A stretch of 64,000 nt of DNA from an uncultured Actinomycetes bacterium (GTDB taxonomy: Bacteria > Actinomycetota > UBA4738 > HRBIN12), in assembly GCA_963714865.1 (NCBI GenBank), contig CAVQPR010000001.1, positions 2,316,173 through 2,380,172 on the forward strand, read 5' to 3'. The position numbers and the translations under genes are program-made. Under the pieces are notes generated by a model that made no database searches, had not been told where the DNA came from, and was given only the letters and a program-made list of their open reading frames with translations. How positions within the stretch are numbered: position 1 is the first letter of the stretch; every line of letters starts with the position of its first letter. Below are positions 19,502 through 28,877 of this stretch, piece after piece.

Positions 19502-20034
19502 GTCGTCACCTCGGGGATCTTGCGGAGGGCCTCGAGCCCGCGCGCGACGAGCGAGCGCACGGTCGCCGGACGGCAGCGAAGCAGGTCGGCGATCTCGGAC
19601 TCGTGAAGGTCTTCGTAATAGCGGAGGACGATCGCCGCGCGCTGCCGCTGGGGGAGCGAGAGCAGCGCCGTGCGCATCGAGTCGTACGAGGCGACGTCTC
19701 GGTCGGCGTGGCCTTCGCGGACCTCGGCGGTCTGTCGCTCCAGGTAGGAGCGCTCGAGCGCCCGCCGCCGGAAGGTGTCCTTCGACAGGTTGACGATCGT
19801 CCGGCGGAGGTAGGTGTCGAACGCCTCGGGGTCTCGTAGGTGGTGCAGGCGGCCCACGAACCGAAGGAACGCCTCCTGGACGAGATCCTCGGCGAGCGCC
19901 CGGTCGCCCGTCAGGAGGTAAGCGAGCCGGAACCCGGCCGGTGCCGACCGCACGTAGACCTCGGCCAGCCGGCTCGCGCCCGCCTCTTCGGCTCCCATGT
20001 CGGCGAGCATCGTAGTCGTCTTCTTCGTGCCCAT
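19498..20034 (-). CDS. ECF-type RNA polymerase sigma-70 factor
   Basis: Region 2 (LAEDLVQEAFLRF, DTYLRRTIVNL) and region 4 (LPQRQRAAIVLRYYEDLHESEIADLLRCRPATVRSLVARGLEALR). Confidence 0.85.
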   Translation of the reverse strand: MGTKKTTTMLADMGAEEAGASRLAEVYVRSAPAGFRLAYLLTGDRALAEDLVQEAFLRFVGRLHHLRDPEAFDTYLRRTIVNLSKDTFRRRALERSYLERQTAEVREGHADRDVASYDSMRTALLSLPQRQRAAIVLRYYEDLHESEIADLLRCRPATVRSLVARGLEALRKIPEVTT

Positions 20035-20041
20035 ATCACCA

Positions 20042-20068
20042 AGACGTACGAGGCCCCGAAAGTGTTGC
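20042..20068 (-). promoter_or_regulatory. Candidate ECF-type promoter GCAAC-N17-CGTCT, about 8 nt before the sigma gene ATG (would give a near-leaderless mRNA)
   Basis: Minus-strand reading is GCAACactttcggggcctcgtaCGTCTtggtgatATG. This is a motif match only. Confidence 0.25.
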
Positions 20069-20371
20069 GTAGTCGGTCGGTTTGCGTGTTGCGTTGTTCA
20101 CGCCGCGTGCCTCATTCCGCGATCACTCCGGGTCGGATGCATCGGGGCCACGGGCGTAGAGTCGCGCCTTCATGGAGATCGATCGCGGGGCACCCGTCTG
20201 GGCCGAACGAGAGGTGGAGATCGCCGCTCCGATCGAGGTGTCTGGGACGTCCTCTCTATCCCTGCCGACTATCCGCGGTGGTTCTCCCAGGGCGAGTCGG
20301 TGGCGCTCGGCTGCATGCTTGCCGAGGCCGCGCCAACGCCGAGTTCATACCTTTCAGACCGGCCAGACCGG

Positions 20372-21160
20372 TCAGGCGGAGCGTAGGAGCTCCCGGATCG
20401 GGCCGAGGACCAGCGCGCTCTCGCCTTCCGTCGAGAAGTGAGTGTGGCCCGGCAGGGACAGGAACCTCGCCGTCGGGATCTCGTCGGCCGCGCGGCGAGC
20501 GGCATCGTGCATCTCGTCGTTCTCACCGACATAGATCAGGCACGGCACTCGCCACCCGGACAAGTCGTCGGCGATCGCACCCTCCTCGAACACCGACGCC
20601 CACGCGGCGCGGATCGCCTCAGGATCGTTCCGCAGCTCGAGGGTTCGGGCGGGCTCGGGGAACCGGATGCCTACTCCCGCCTCGAAGACCTCCACGAACC
20701 CGTGCATCCCGCGGGTGGTCGCCGCCTCGGCCGCCGCGGCGACAGCCTTCGCGACCGGGGTGGACAGATCCCATCGGTACGGTTGATTCCCGCAGAGGAC
20801 GAGTCCGCGAACCCGATCGGGCGCGAACTGGCCGATCGCGAAGCCGAGTCGCGCTCCCCACGAGAACCCGATCACGTGCGCGCGATCGATCCCGAGCGCA
20901 TCGAGCACGGCGACGTGGTCGGCGACCCGGGTCTGCAGCGCGTACGCATCGGGTTCGTGCGGCGCCCCCGAGCGCCCGTGCCCTCGATGATCGGCGAACA
21001 CCAGTCGGAACTCGCCACGCATTGCACGAGCGATGCCCGAGGACTGCGCCACTTGGATCGGGTCGAGGAACCCGGTGTAGAACACGACCGGGATCCCCGA
21101 ACCCGACCAGTCCTCGAAGTAGATCGGGACCCCGTCGACCGGGTTCGATGCGAACGGCAT
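20372..21160 (-). CDS. Alpha/beta-fold hydrolase
   Basis: HRGHGRS oxyanion region and nucleophile elbow GFSWGA. Start taken at MPFASNPVDG. Confidence 0.75.
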   Translation of the reverse strand: MPFASNPVDGVPIYFEDWSGSGIPVVFYTGFLDPIQVAQSSGIARAMRGEFRLVFADHRGHGRSGAPHEPDAYALQTRVADHVAVLDALGIDRAHVIGFSWGARLGFAIGQFAPDRVRGLVLCGNQPYRWDLSTPVAKAVAAAAEAATTRGMHGFVEVFEAGVGIRFPEPARTLELRNDPEAIRAAWASVFEEGAIADDLSGWRVPCLIYVGENDEMHDAARRAADEIPTARFLSLPGHTHFSTEGESALVLGPIRELLRSA

Positions 21161-21239
21161 GTGGGAGCGCCTCCTCGTCGTCGAGGACCCATATGGCCAG
21201 TGGCATTCTGAGAGGCAGCCTACCGGCCCCATACATGGA

Positions 21240-21620
21240 TCACGAGGCGCTCCCGTCCTCTCCGGCGGCGCGCGCTATGTCGCGGGTCAGCCGTTCCTGC
21301 TCCCGGGTGACGTACCCGCCTTTCGCGTAGTTCGCGACGAGCGCCTCCACGAATCCGACCGGGTCGTCTCCGACGATCTCGCGGATCGGCGTTCCGTCCT
21401 CCGCGGCTCGCTCGAACAGGTCGGCGACGTCTTCGAGCAGCGAACCGGCGCTGTCGGCGTCCATCGGCCCGAAATACATGAGGTACCGCTCGATCGCCTC
21501 GACCGCGCTGCGATAGTTCGAGGGAAGCTGTCGAACTCGCGCCTTGTACGCCCGCCACCGCTTCTTCGGGCCGATCACCCTTGAGATGAAGCCGCTCTCT
21601 TCCGTGTCGGACATGGTCAT
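21240..21620 (-). CDS. DUF1048-like protein (usual PadR partner)
   Basis: ATGA overlap with the padR stop. KKRWRAYKARVRQLPSNYRSAVEAIERYLMYFG resembles DUF1048. Confidence 0.55.
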   Translation of the reverse strand: MTMSDTEESGFISRVIGPKKRWRAYKARVRQLPSNYRSAVEAIERYLMYFGPMDADSAGSLLEDVADLFERAAEDGTPIREIVGDDPVGFVEALVANYAKGGYVTREQERLTRDIARAAGEDGSAS

Positions 21621-21946
21621 CTGCCTCCTTCGCGGAGCTGTTCGAGGCGCTCTGTGAGGAAGCTCCAGGTCCTCCAGAACTCTTCGAGATAGTCCTGTCC
21701 GTGAGCGTTGAGGGAATACACCTTGCGGGGCGGCCCCTTGTCGGAGGGGACCTTTTCGACGTCGACGAGGCCCCGCCGCTCGACCCTGATGAGCAGCGCG
21801 TACACGGTTCCCTCGGCGATGTCGGAGAAGCCCTGCGCGCGCAGCCATGCCGTGATCTCGTAGCCGTACGCGGGCCGGCCGGACAGGATCGCGAGGACGA
21901 TGCCCTCCAGCGTCCCTTTGAGCATCTCCGTCACCTGCTTGCCCAT
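21617..21946 (-). CDS. PadR-family transcriptional regulator
   Basis: LKGTLEGIVLAILSGRPAYGYEITAWL...GTVYALLIRVERRGLV winged-helix signature. Confidence 0.85.
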   Translation of the reverse strand: MGKQVTEMLKGTLEGIVLAILSGRPAYGYEITAWLRAQGFSDIAEGTVYALLIRVERRGLVDVEKVPSDKGPPRKVYSLNAHGQDYLEEFWRTWSFLTERLEQLREGGR

Positions 21947-21963
21947 CGGACGTCCCTCTCTCC

Positions 21964-22009
21964 ACTACTCAGTGATAGCGACTACCGGTACATAGTAGCA
22001 CTGATTAGT
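21964..22009. promoter_or_regulatory. AT-rich imperfect inverted repeat upstream of padR (candidate operator)
   Basis: ACTACTCAGTGATA (21964-21977) pairs with the reverse complement of TAGCACTGATTAGT (21996-22009) at 12 of 14 positions. Locally AT-rich in a GC-rich genome. Confidence 0.3.
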
Positions 22010-22283
22010 CACGCCATCAGGCGAGGGGTGCCCTGAAGCGGTGGCATCCCGCTCTCAGTGCTGCAGGCATGCGAGGAGGTAGATCGCCTCGAAGTACAGC
22101 CACACGACCGTCGCCAGCAGTCCCCACGCCGAGTACTGGCTTGGCCTGCCTTGGGGGCTTGGCACGTGATCGGCGCTCGGAGCTGGCCGACGGGGTGACA
22201 TCCCCGGCGGGACAGATCCCGACGCGAGTTTCGAGGATCCGCACACCGGGTGGTGTGTGCTCTGTGCCTTGATGGCCGACGTG

Positions 22284-23918
22284 TCAACCTCGGCCGCGCC
22301 GACGCCACCGGTGCCGCTTGCGATCCCTGACGATCTCGCGGACGACGTGGTGACCCGGGAGCCCGGTCACCCCGCCGCCGGCGTGCGTGGCGGAGGATGC
22401 CTGGTAGAGCCCGCGGATCGGCGTGCGATAGTCCGCGTAGCCGGGCGCTGGGCGCATATGGAACAGCTGGTCCGCCGACAGCTCACCGTGGAAGATGTTG
22501 CCGCCGATCAGGCCCCACTCGTGCTCCATCTGCCACGGCCCGATGACCTGGCGACCAACGACCGCGTCCTTGAAGCCCGGCATGAAGTCGTCGTGGATGT
22601 CCACCAGCCGGTCCGCGTACGCCTCGAGCTCGTCCTGATGGCGCTCACGCGCCCACTCATGGGGGACCCATTGCGTGAACATCGACATCACATGCATGCC
22701 GTCCGGCGCGAGCGTTGTGTCGTAGTAGCTCGGGATGCAGGTCTCCGAGAAGGGCGCGTTGGAAGCCGTGCCGTCCCGCGCCTCCTCGAACGCCTTCTCG
22801 AGGTACCGGATGTTGGGCGAGATCATGATCGATGAGCCGGCGATCTCCGGATCCTCGCCGTCCGGGTCGTCTCGGAAGGCAGGCATCCGCGAGAGAGCCA
22901 GGTTGATCTTGACGGTTCCGCTCCGCGTCTTCCAGTTCTCGATGTCTCGGACGAACTCGCCCGGCAGGTCCTCACGGTCGATCTGGCTGAGGAAGGTGAT
23001 CTTCGGATGGCAGGCGGTGATGACGAGCGGTGCTTCGAATTCCTCGCCCGAACCGATCACTGCGCCGCGAACGGCGCCGGACTCGACCAGGATGCGTTCG
23101 ACCGGGCTGGAGACGCGGATCTGCGCGCCGAAGGACTCGGCGCTGGCGCGCAATGCGTCGGTGACGGCGCCCATCCCGCCGATGGGGTATCCCCACTCCG
23201 AGAGGTTGCCGTCGCCGAGGTCGCCGACGGCGTGATGCAGCAAGACGTAGGCCGTGCCGGGCTCCTCGGGTCCCGCCCACGTGCCGATGATGCCGTTGGT
23301 CGCGATGAGGGCCTTGAGCTCCGCCGACTCGAACCATTCGTCGAGCAGGTCGGCGGCGCTCATCGAGAAGAGCTTGGTGATGTCGGCGGCCTGACGGGAA
23401 CTCATGCCCCGTCGATGGCGCAGTGCGAACCGCGCCTGATCGGCGAGGTCGCCCAGCGCCAGGGATCCGAGGTTCACGGGCGTCTCCATCAGGAGCGGTC
23501 CGAGGAAGGCGGCGCTGCGCGCGAGCCACGCCGACCAGTCCTCGTGGACATCCGCGTCGGTCTTGGAGAATCGGGAGAGGGTCTCCCGGAACCGGTCGCC
23601 CTTCTTCTCGTCGTCACGGATACCTCCCGAACCCGGTTGGGGGGCGTAGGAGCCCGCCATGGGCACGACCTCGTAGCCGAAGGTCTTCAAGCGCAGATCG
23701 CGGACGATCGACGGCGGCATGAGGCTCATCACGTAGGACAGGGTCGTGACCCGGACGTCGGGATGCTCGGGGAACGGGGAGGACGTGTCGGCCGCGCCGC
23801 CCGTCGTGTGACGGGACTCGAGCACCACGACCTTCGCGCCAATCCTGGCGAGATACGCGGCGGCGACGAGCCCGTTGTGGCCCCCGCCGACGACGATCGC
23901 GTCGTACGGATCGGTCAT
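22284..23918 (-). CDS. Phytoene-desaturase (CrtI)-family FAD-dependent oxidoreductase
   Basis: N-terminal dinucleotide fold YDAIVVGGGHNGLVAAAYLARIGAKVVVLE and C-terminal GLYQASSATHAGGGVTG. Confidence 0.75.
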   Translation of the reverse strand: MTDPYDAIVVGGGHNGLVAAAYLARIGAKVVVLESRHTTGGAADTSSPFPEHPDVRVTTLSYVMSLMPPSIVRDLRLKTFGYEVVPMAGSYAPQPGSGGIRDDEKKGDRFRETLSRFSKTDADVHEDWSAWLARSAAFLGPLLMETPVNLGSLALGDLADQARFALRHRRGMSSRQAADITKLFSMSAADLLDEWFESAELKALIATNGIIGTWAGPEEPGTAYVLLHHAVGDLGDGNLSEWGYPIGGMGAVTDALRASAESFGAQIRVSSPVERILVESGAVRGAVIGSGEEFEAPLVITACHPKITFLSQIDREDLPGEFVRDIENWKTRSGTVKINLALSRMPAFRDDPDGEDPEIAGSSIMISPNIRYLEKAFEEARDGTASNAPFSETCIPSYYDTTLAPDGMHVMSMFTQWVPHEWARERHQDELEAYADRLVDIHDDFMPGFKDAVVGRQVIGPWQMEHEWGLIGGNIFHGELSADQLFHMRPAPGYADYRTPIRGLYQASSATHAGGGVTGLPGHHVVREIVRDRKRHRWRRRGRG

Positions 23919-24061
23919 GAACCTCTCCCCTCCGGAATGGCTGATCACCAACCGTACCTATCTAGCAGAGGAGCAGGTTCGACGACAGCGGCTCGCAGAG
24001 GTCTGCCCGGATCTCGACGTCGGTTCGCTATCGTGAGGCAGTCCTCGACGAGGGAGTCCGC

Positions 24062-24529
24062 ATGGGGAAGGGCAGGGCGCGCCTCCCGCCGCGGTGGTTC
24101 GTCGTTGCCGCATGGCATGTCCACCGGCGGATCGTCAGGGCCAGCGGGGGTCGCAAGGGGCTCTGGGCCCCGCGCCCGAACAAGTGGGGCGCCCTGCGGC
24201 TCACCACGGTGGGTCGCCGCAGCGGACAGCCTCGGGAGGTGATCCTCGGCTACTACGAGGACGGTCCCAACCTCGTCTCCATGGCCATGAACGGCTGGGG
24301 GGCGGCGGAGCCGGCGTGGTGGCTGAACCTGCAGGGGAATCCCGAGGCGGTCGTCGAGCTCGCCGGCGGGGTCCGGCGCGAGGTGATCGGGAGGGCCGCC
24401 GTCGGCGAGGAGCGTGACAGGCTGTGGCAGCGCTGGCGAGAACTCGACCGAAACCTCGACGACTACGCCGCGCGACGCCCGCATGAGACGGCGGTCGTCA
24501 TCCTCGAGCCGCGGGAGTGGGCACGATGA
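24062..24529 (+). CDS. Deazaflavin (F420)-dependent nitroreductase family protein (Ddn-like)
   Basis: LTTVGRRSGQPREVILGYYEDG...WWLNLQGNPEAVVEL... is typical of PF04075-type proteins. Confidence 0.7.
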   Translation: MGKGRARLPPRWFVVAAWHVHRRIVRASGGRKGLWAPRPNKWGALRLTTVGRRSGQPREVILGYYEDGPNLVSMAMNGWGAAEPAWWLNLQGNPEAVVELAGGVRREVIGRAAVGEERDRLWQRWRELDRNLDDYAARRPHETAVVILEPREWAR

Positions 24530-24593
24530 CCGGACGGTCGCAACGGCGCGAGGCTCTACCGGTCAGATCCCAGGCCGAGGAGTAACGCGACTC

Positions 24594-25784
24594 CTAGTCG
24601 GGGAGCAGCGGCACGTGAAGGCCCTCGCGCCGCCCGACGAGGACCCCCCGGGTGATGGCCGACGAGCCGTAGCGGTCACGAACGGCGTCGAGCGTGGCGT
24701 CCAGGGAAGATCCGAGCGGGTCATCGAACGGCAACGCCAGCTGGATCGCGCAGTCGTCGTGCAGGTTGGTGAAGCTCAGTCCGATCAGCGTGATGCCCCG
24801 ATCCCGGATCATCGGCATGGCGGCGGCGAGCAGGGCCTTCGCGACCTCGAGCGTCGCCTCGGTGTCGGCGGTGGCCTCGGGCAGCGTGTGCGACCGCGTC
24901 GCTTGGCCGAAGTCGTCGAACCGGAGGCGCAGAACCACAGTGCGACAGACCCGGTGAGCTGCGCGCAGCCGGCGCGCCAGGCGGTCCACCAACGCGATCA
25001 GATCGGCGTCGAGCTCCTCCGGCGATCGTGGCCTTCGGCCGAGCGCTCGTTGCGTGCCGATCGATCGGCGCCGGCGACCGACATCGACCCTGCGAGGGTC
25101 TCGGTTGTGAGCGAGCGCGTGCAGGTGACGCCCGACCGCGCGCCCGAGGATCCGCACGAGGGACGCCTCGCCGAGCGCCGCAACATCGGCCACCGTGGTG
25201 ATCGAGCGCTCCCGGAGCTTCGTTGCGGTCACCGGCCCCACCCCCCACAGGCGCTCAACGGGGAGCGGGTGGAGGAACTCGAGCTCCCCGTCGACGGGGA
25301 CCACCAGCAGGCCATCGGGCTTCGCGACCCCGCTCGCGACCTTGGCGAGGAACTTGGTCCGAGCAACTCCCACGCTGACCGGCAGCCCGACCCGGTCGAG
25401 TACCTGGCGGCGCAGCCGCACGGCGATCTCGGTCGGCGTGCCCGAGACCCGCCGCAGCCCCCCGACGTCCAGGAACGCCTCGTCGATCGACAGCCCCTCC
25501 ACGAAGGGCGTGGTGTCGTTGAACACCTGGAACATCGCCTTGCTCGCCTCGCTGTACGCGTCCATGCGCGGCGCCACGACGACCGCCTGCGGACACAACC
25601 GGCGGGCCTGGACCCCGCCCATGGGTGCGTGCACCCCGTACGCCTTGGCCTCGTAGCTGGCGGCGAGCACGACGCCGCCGCCGACGATGACGGGGCAACC
25701 CCTCAGCGTCGGGTCGTCGCGCTGTTCGACCGACGCGTAGAAGGAGTCGGCGTCCGCGTGCAGGATTGTGCCCTCGCTCGACAC
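24594..25784 (-). CDS. dinB: DNA polymerase IV (Y-family)
   Basis: ILHADADSFYASVEQRDDP, EGLSIDEAFLDV and VSVGVARTKFLAKVAS motifs. Confidence 0.9.
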   Translation of the reverse strand: MSSEGTILHADADSFYASVEQRDDPTLRGCPVIVGGGVVLAASYEAKAYGVHAPMGGVQARRLCPQAVVVAPRMDAYSEASKAMFQVFNDTTPFVEGLSIDEAFLDVGGLRRVSGTPTEIAVRLRRQVLDRVGLPVSVGVARTKFLAKVASGVAKPDGLLVVPVDGELEFLHPLPVERLWGVGPVTATKLRERSITTVADVAALGEASLVRILGRAVGRHLHALAHNRDPRRVDVGRRRRSIGTQRALGRRPRSPEELDADLIALVDRLARRLRAAHRVCRTVVLRLRFDDFGQATRSHTLPEATADTEATLEVAKALLAAAMPMIRDRGITLIGLSFTNLHDDCAIQLALPFDDPLGSSLDATLDAVRDRYGSSAITRGVLVGRREGLHVPLLPD

Positions 25785-25855
25785 GAGTTGATGTTCGCAT
25801 CGGCCTCCGACATGAGACGGGGCTGCTCGTCCGTCCTGCCGAGCCGCCGTCCGTC

Positions 25856-26227
25856 TTACCCCGCTACCCCGGCCGCGACTACCTGGTGGGCATTGTGCCC
25901 GTGCAGCCCCTTCTCCTCATTGTGCGTGGCGGGACGCAGGCCGAAGACCACCTCTTTGACGGTGCCGGTGAAGGCATACGGCGCCTTGTCCTCGTAGTCG
26001 AGGTCGACGACGAGGCCGTTGTCGCGACCGATGTCCATCCCCGAGTAGCTGGTGAACATGATCGGGACCGTCTTGGGCATGTCTCCCTCGCCGACCGCCT
26101 CGTCGTTGACGAACAGCGTCACGTGCCCGCCACTGCCCGGCGTGTACTCCGTCGACTTGAACAGCATCTTCACGCGCACGTCGCCCGTCGGCAGTGCCGA
26201 GGTTGCTGCCTGCTTGTAGGTCTCGAC
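25856..26227 (-). pseudogene. C-terminal remnant (~120 aa) of an arylsulfatase
   Basis: VETYKQAATSALPTGDVRVKMLFKSTEYTPGSGGHVTLFVNDEAVGEGDMPKTVPIMFTSYSGMDIGRDNGLVVDLDYEDKAPYAFTGTVKEVVFGL resembles the sulfatase C-terminal beta domain. No catalytic N-terminal domain lies upstream. Confidence 0.55.
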
Positions 26228-26229
26228 CC

Positions 26230-26364
26230 GTGGGAGACGAGGATGGCTCCTTCGATCTCGACGCTCTTCGACTCGACGAGTTGCATCAGCCCGTCGAAAT
26301 CGGTCGACGCTGCGTCGATATCCGAGTACACGGCCACGAGTACGTCGGTCGACATCTCAGTCAT
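26230..26364 (-). pseudogene. N-terminal 45-aa fragment of a DUF1269-like gene, joined out of frame to the sulfatase remnant
   Basis: MTEMSTDVLVAVYSDIDAASTDFDGLMQLVESKSVEIEGAILVS parallels the N-terminus of the intact neighbour (MAEKQLVLSFFGDEAAADAAAAMLKDSGL...LLVLD), then runs into nonsense. Confidence 0.45.
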
Positions 26365-26449
26365 CGGTGTCCCTGTCCTTACATCCAGGATGGTGTGTGC
26401 TCGGTGGCGGGCACTCGGCGAGCGAGTGCCCGCCACCGTATGTCCCTGG

Positions 26450-26920
26450 TTAGGCCGACTGCTCGTCCGCTGCGGCCGTGAGGGCTGCCTCGTCGACCAC
26501 GTCGTGGCTCGAGGTCGCCCCGCCGAGCTCCGTCAGTCGGCTCTGCACCGCTGGCGCCTCGTCGATCCGGGCAAGCACCCCGACCGCTGCCTTGCCGGCG
26601 CCGAGGTCGCCCGAGATCCGCGCGCGGTCCTCGTCGCTGAGCTTGAGCCCCTTGTGGTGCAGTCCGCCGGCCAGCGTGCCGCCGACGATGCCGACACCGA
26701 GCGCCGCGGGCCCGAGAACCAGCAGGCACGCCCCGATACCGGCGCCCGCTCCCCAGCTTCTGGCCCCTACCTTGTCCACCCTGAGGTTGCCCTCGGCGTC
26801 CAGGACCAGGAGGCCGATCGCCTCACCGGCGGTCAGGCCGGAGTCCTTCAGCATCGCGGCCGCGGCGTCCGCGGCCGCCTCGTCGCCGAAGAACGAGAGC
26901 ACGAGTTGCTTCTCTGCCAT
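26450..26920 (-). CDS. DUF1269-like membrane protein
   Basis: An N-terminal soluble module, then a Gly-rich TM pair (GAGAGIGACLLVLGPAALGVGIVGGTLAGGL). Confidence 0.55.
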   Translation of the reverse strand: MAEKQLVLSFFGDEAAADAAAAMLKDSGLTAGEAIGLLVLDAEGNLRVDKVGARSWGAGAGIGACLLVLGPAALGVGIVGGTLAGGLHHKGLKLSDEDRARISGDLGAGKAAVGVLARIDEAPAVQSRLTELGGATSSHDVVDEAALTAAADEQSA

Positions 26921-27009
26921 GACACATCCCCCCTACCGTCGCGCGACCCTCGCGCGACGCGCGAATCATAGTGGGCCCCGGGGGTGGGTCACTATGAGGG
27001 CCCGCGGGG

Positions 27010-27240
27010 CTAGATGATGAGGGCCGCGGGGCTAGTGCTCGGGAGCTTGAACCCAGACTTGTCGATGACGTGGTCCCGGGACTCGGCGGCCATCCGACGC
27101 ACCGCCGGCCAATCGACGTGGAGCAATTCGCCGTGGCGCTTCATCATCCGTCCCGCGATCACCACGGAGTCGACGTTGCCCGTGTCCATCCCCGCCACGA
27201 ACGCGGTCGCCGGGTCGTTGAGCGGGGTGACGTTGATCCG
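27010..27240 (-). pseudogene. C-terminal remnant (~76 aa) of an amidohydrolase (deaminase-like)
   Basis: RINVTPLNDPATAFVAGMDTGNVDSVVIAGRMMKRHGELLHVDW resembles amidohydrolase C-termini. The upstream part is replaced by the 3' end of the MFS gene. Confidence 0.45.
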
Positions 27241-27251
27241 ATCGGTCCGCT

Positions 27252-28877
27252 CTACGCATCCGGGCGGGTGGCCGCGTCTTCGGCTCGGTACTCCTCCAGC
27301 AGGTTGATCTCGTCTTCTCGACCCGGGAACATGAAGCGGACGAGGACCGCGCCCAACGTCACCGCCACGATCCCCGCGAGGTAGGCCCACTCGTCACCTT
27401 GGAGGAACGCCGTCTTCGCCGCCGCCGTGATCTGGTCCGCGTACTTCGGGTATTGAGCTCCGACCGCCTCGGCGCTCGCGAACGACTTGGTGAGCTGGGC
27501 CTGCACGCTGTCGTTGATGTGCTTGGGGGCGGCGGCGATCTGGGAGGCCATCGCGGAGGCGTACCCCGCGGCCAGCAGCGCCCCGAAGATCGACTGCAGG
27601 ATCGCGCCCCCGAGGTCACGTTGCAGGTCGGCCGTGCCCGACGCCATCCCCGCTCGGGACACGGGAACGGAACCGGTCAGCGAATGTGAGGCGGGGGTGC
27701 CCGCGAACCCGACACCGGCGCCCACGAACGCGTAGGCGAGCCCGACCTCCCAGTAGGGAGTCCCGTCGTCCCAGAGCAGGAGCATCGTGAAGAAGCCGAG
27801 CAGGCAGAGGGCGTAACCGGTGAGCAGGGTGAATCGCGCCCCCCTCGCCTCCACCAACTTGGCCGACCGGGGAGCGATCACGACCATCATGACGGCCGCC
27901 GGCAGGATCGCGAGCCCGGCGTCGAGGGTGTCGTACCCGAGCACGTTCTGGAGGAATTGCTGCCCGACGAACATCGCGCCCATGAGAGAGCCGAACACGA
28001 TGATCCCGGCGCAGGCGGCGACCCAGAAGATGCGTCGCCCGGCCACGTGCAGGTCGTAAAGGGGGTTGGCGGCGCGGCGCTGCCGGATGACGAACGCGAT
28101 GCCCGACGCGATCACGATCGCGCCGAGCCCGATCACGAGCGCCGTCGAGTTCGGGACGGCCGCGAAGTTGATCGACATCACGAACGCGGCGACGAGCACG
28201 ACCGAGAGCACGCCGCCGAGGTTGTCCACGGGCTCGGTCGACTCGTTGACATGAGCCGGGACGTACCTCGCGGCCAGATACAGCGCGACCACCGCGAGGG
28301 GGAGCGTGATCAGGAACACCGAGCCCCACCAGTAGTTCTCGAGCAGGAGTCCCGCGCACAGCGGGCCGAGCGCGGAGATGGCGCCGCCCAGGCCCGACCA
28401 CAAAGCGATGGACTTGGTGCGTCCGGGGCCCGACCACAGGGCGGTGATGAGCGCCAGCGTCGTCGGATACGCCATACCGGCGGCGAGCCCGCCGCCGAGT
28501 CGAGCGATGAAGAGCACCGTGTCGGATGGGGCCCAGGCCGCCAGCAGGCTCATCGGGATGGCCAGCGCCGTCCCGATGATCAGCACGGCCTTGCGGCCGT
28601 GGCGGTCGCCGAGCGCCCCGAAGTAGAGGACCGAGCACGCCAGCCCGAGCGAGTAGCCGACCGCGATGAGGTTCAGCGTGGTCTGTGAGGAGTCGAACGC
28701 TGCCCCGATCGACGGGAGCGCGACGTTGGCGACGGCGAGATTCAGGTTCGCGACGGCCGCGACGAGGATCAGCGCGGCGAGGACGAGGCCTTGCCGCGTA
28801 GGAGCTTCGGGAGTTTCCTTTGATGAAGCGATAGGCGAGGACCTTACCTCGGTCTCAATCCTCAGGCGAGCCGACAT
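27252..28877 (-). CDS. MFS transporter, DHA2/EmrB-like (14 TM)
   Basis: LNLAVANVALPSIG and GALGDRHGRK motifs and 14 hydrophobic segments. The start overlaps the cyclase 3' end by 23 nt. Confidence 0.8.
   Translation of the reverse strand: MSARLRIETEVRSSPIASSKETPEAPTRQGLVLAALILVAAVANLNLAVANVALPSIGAAFDSSQTTLNLIAVGYSLGLACSVLYFGALGDRHGRKAVLIIGTALAIPMSLLAAWAPSDTVLFIARLGGGLAAGMAYPTTLALITALWSGPGRTKSIALWSGLGGAISALGPLCAGLLLENYWWGSVFLITLPLAVVALYLAARYVPAHVNESTEPVDNLGGVLSVVLVAAFVMSINFAAVPNSTALVIGLGAIVIASGIAFVIRQRRAANPLYDLHVAGRRIFWVAACAGIIVFGSLMGAMFVGQQFLQNVLGYDTLDAGLAILPAAVMMVVIAPRSAKLVEARGARFTLLTGYALCLLGFFTMLLLWDDGTPYWEVGLAYAFVGAGVGFAGTPASHSLTGSVPVSRAGMASGTADLQRDLGGAILQSIFGALLAAGYASAMASQIAAAPKHINDSVQAQLTKSFASAEAVGAQYPKYADQITAAAKTAFLQGDEWAYLAGIVAVTLGAVLVRFMFPGREDEINLLEEYRAEDAATRPDA

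Noticed and set aside
19840-21330. 496-aa Arg/Pro/Ser-rich plus-strand ORF
   Set aside because: It spans the antisense of the ECF sigma 5' end, an intergenic region and the alpha/beta hydrolase. It is implausible as a protein.
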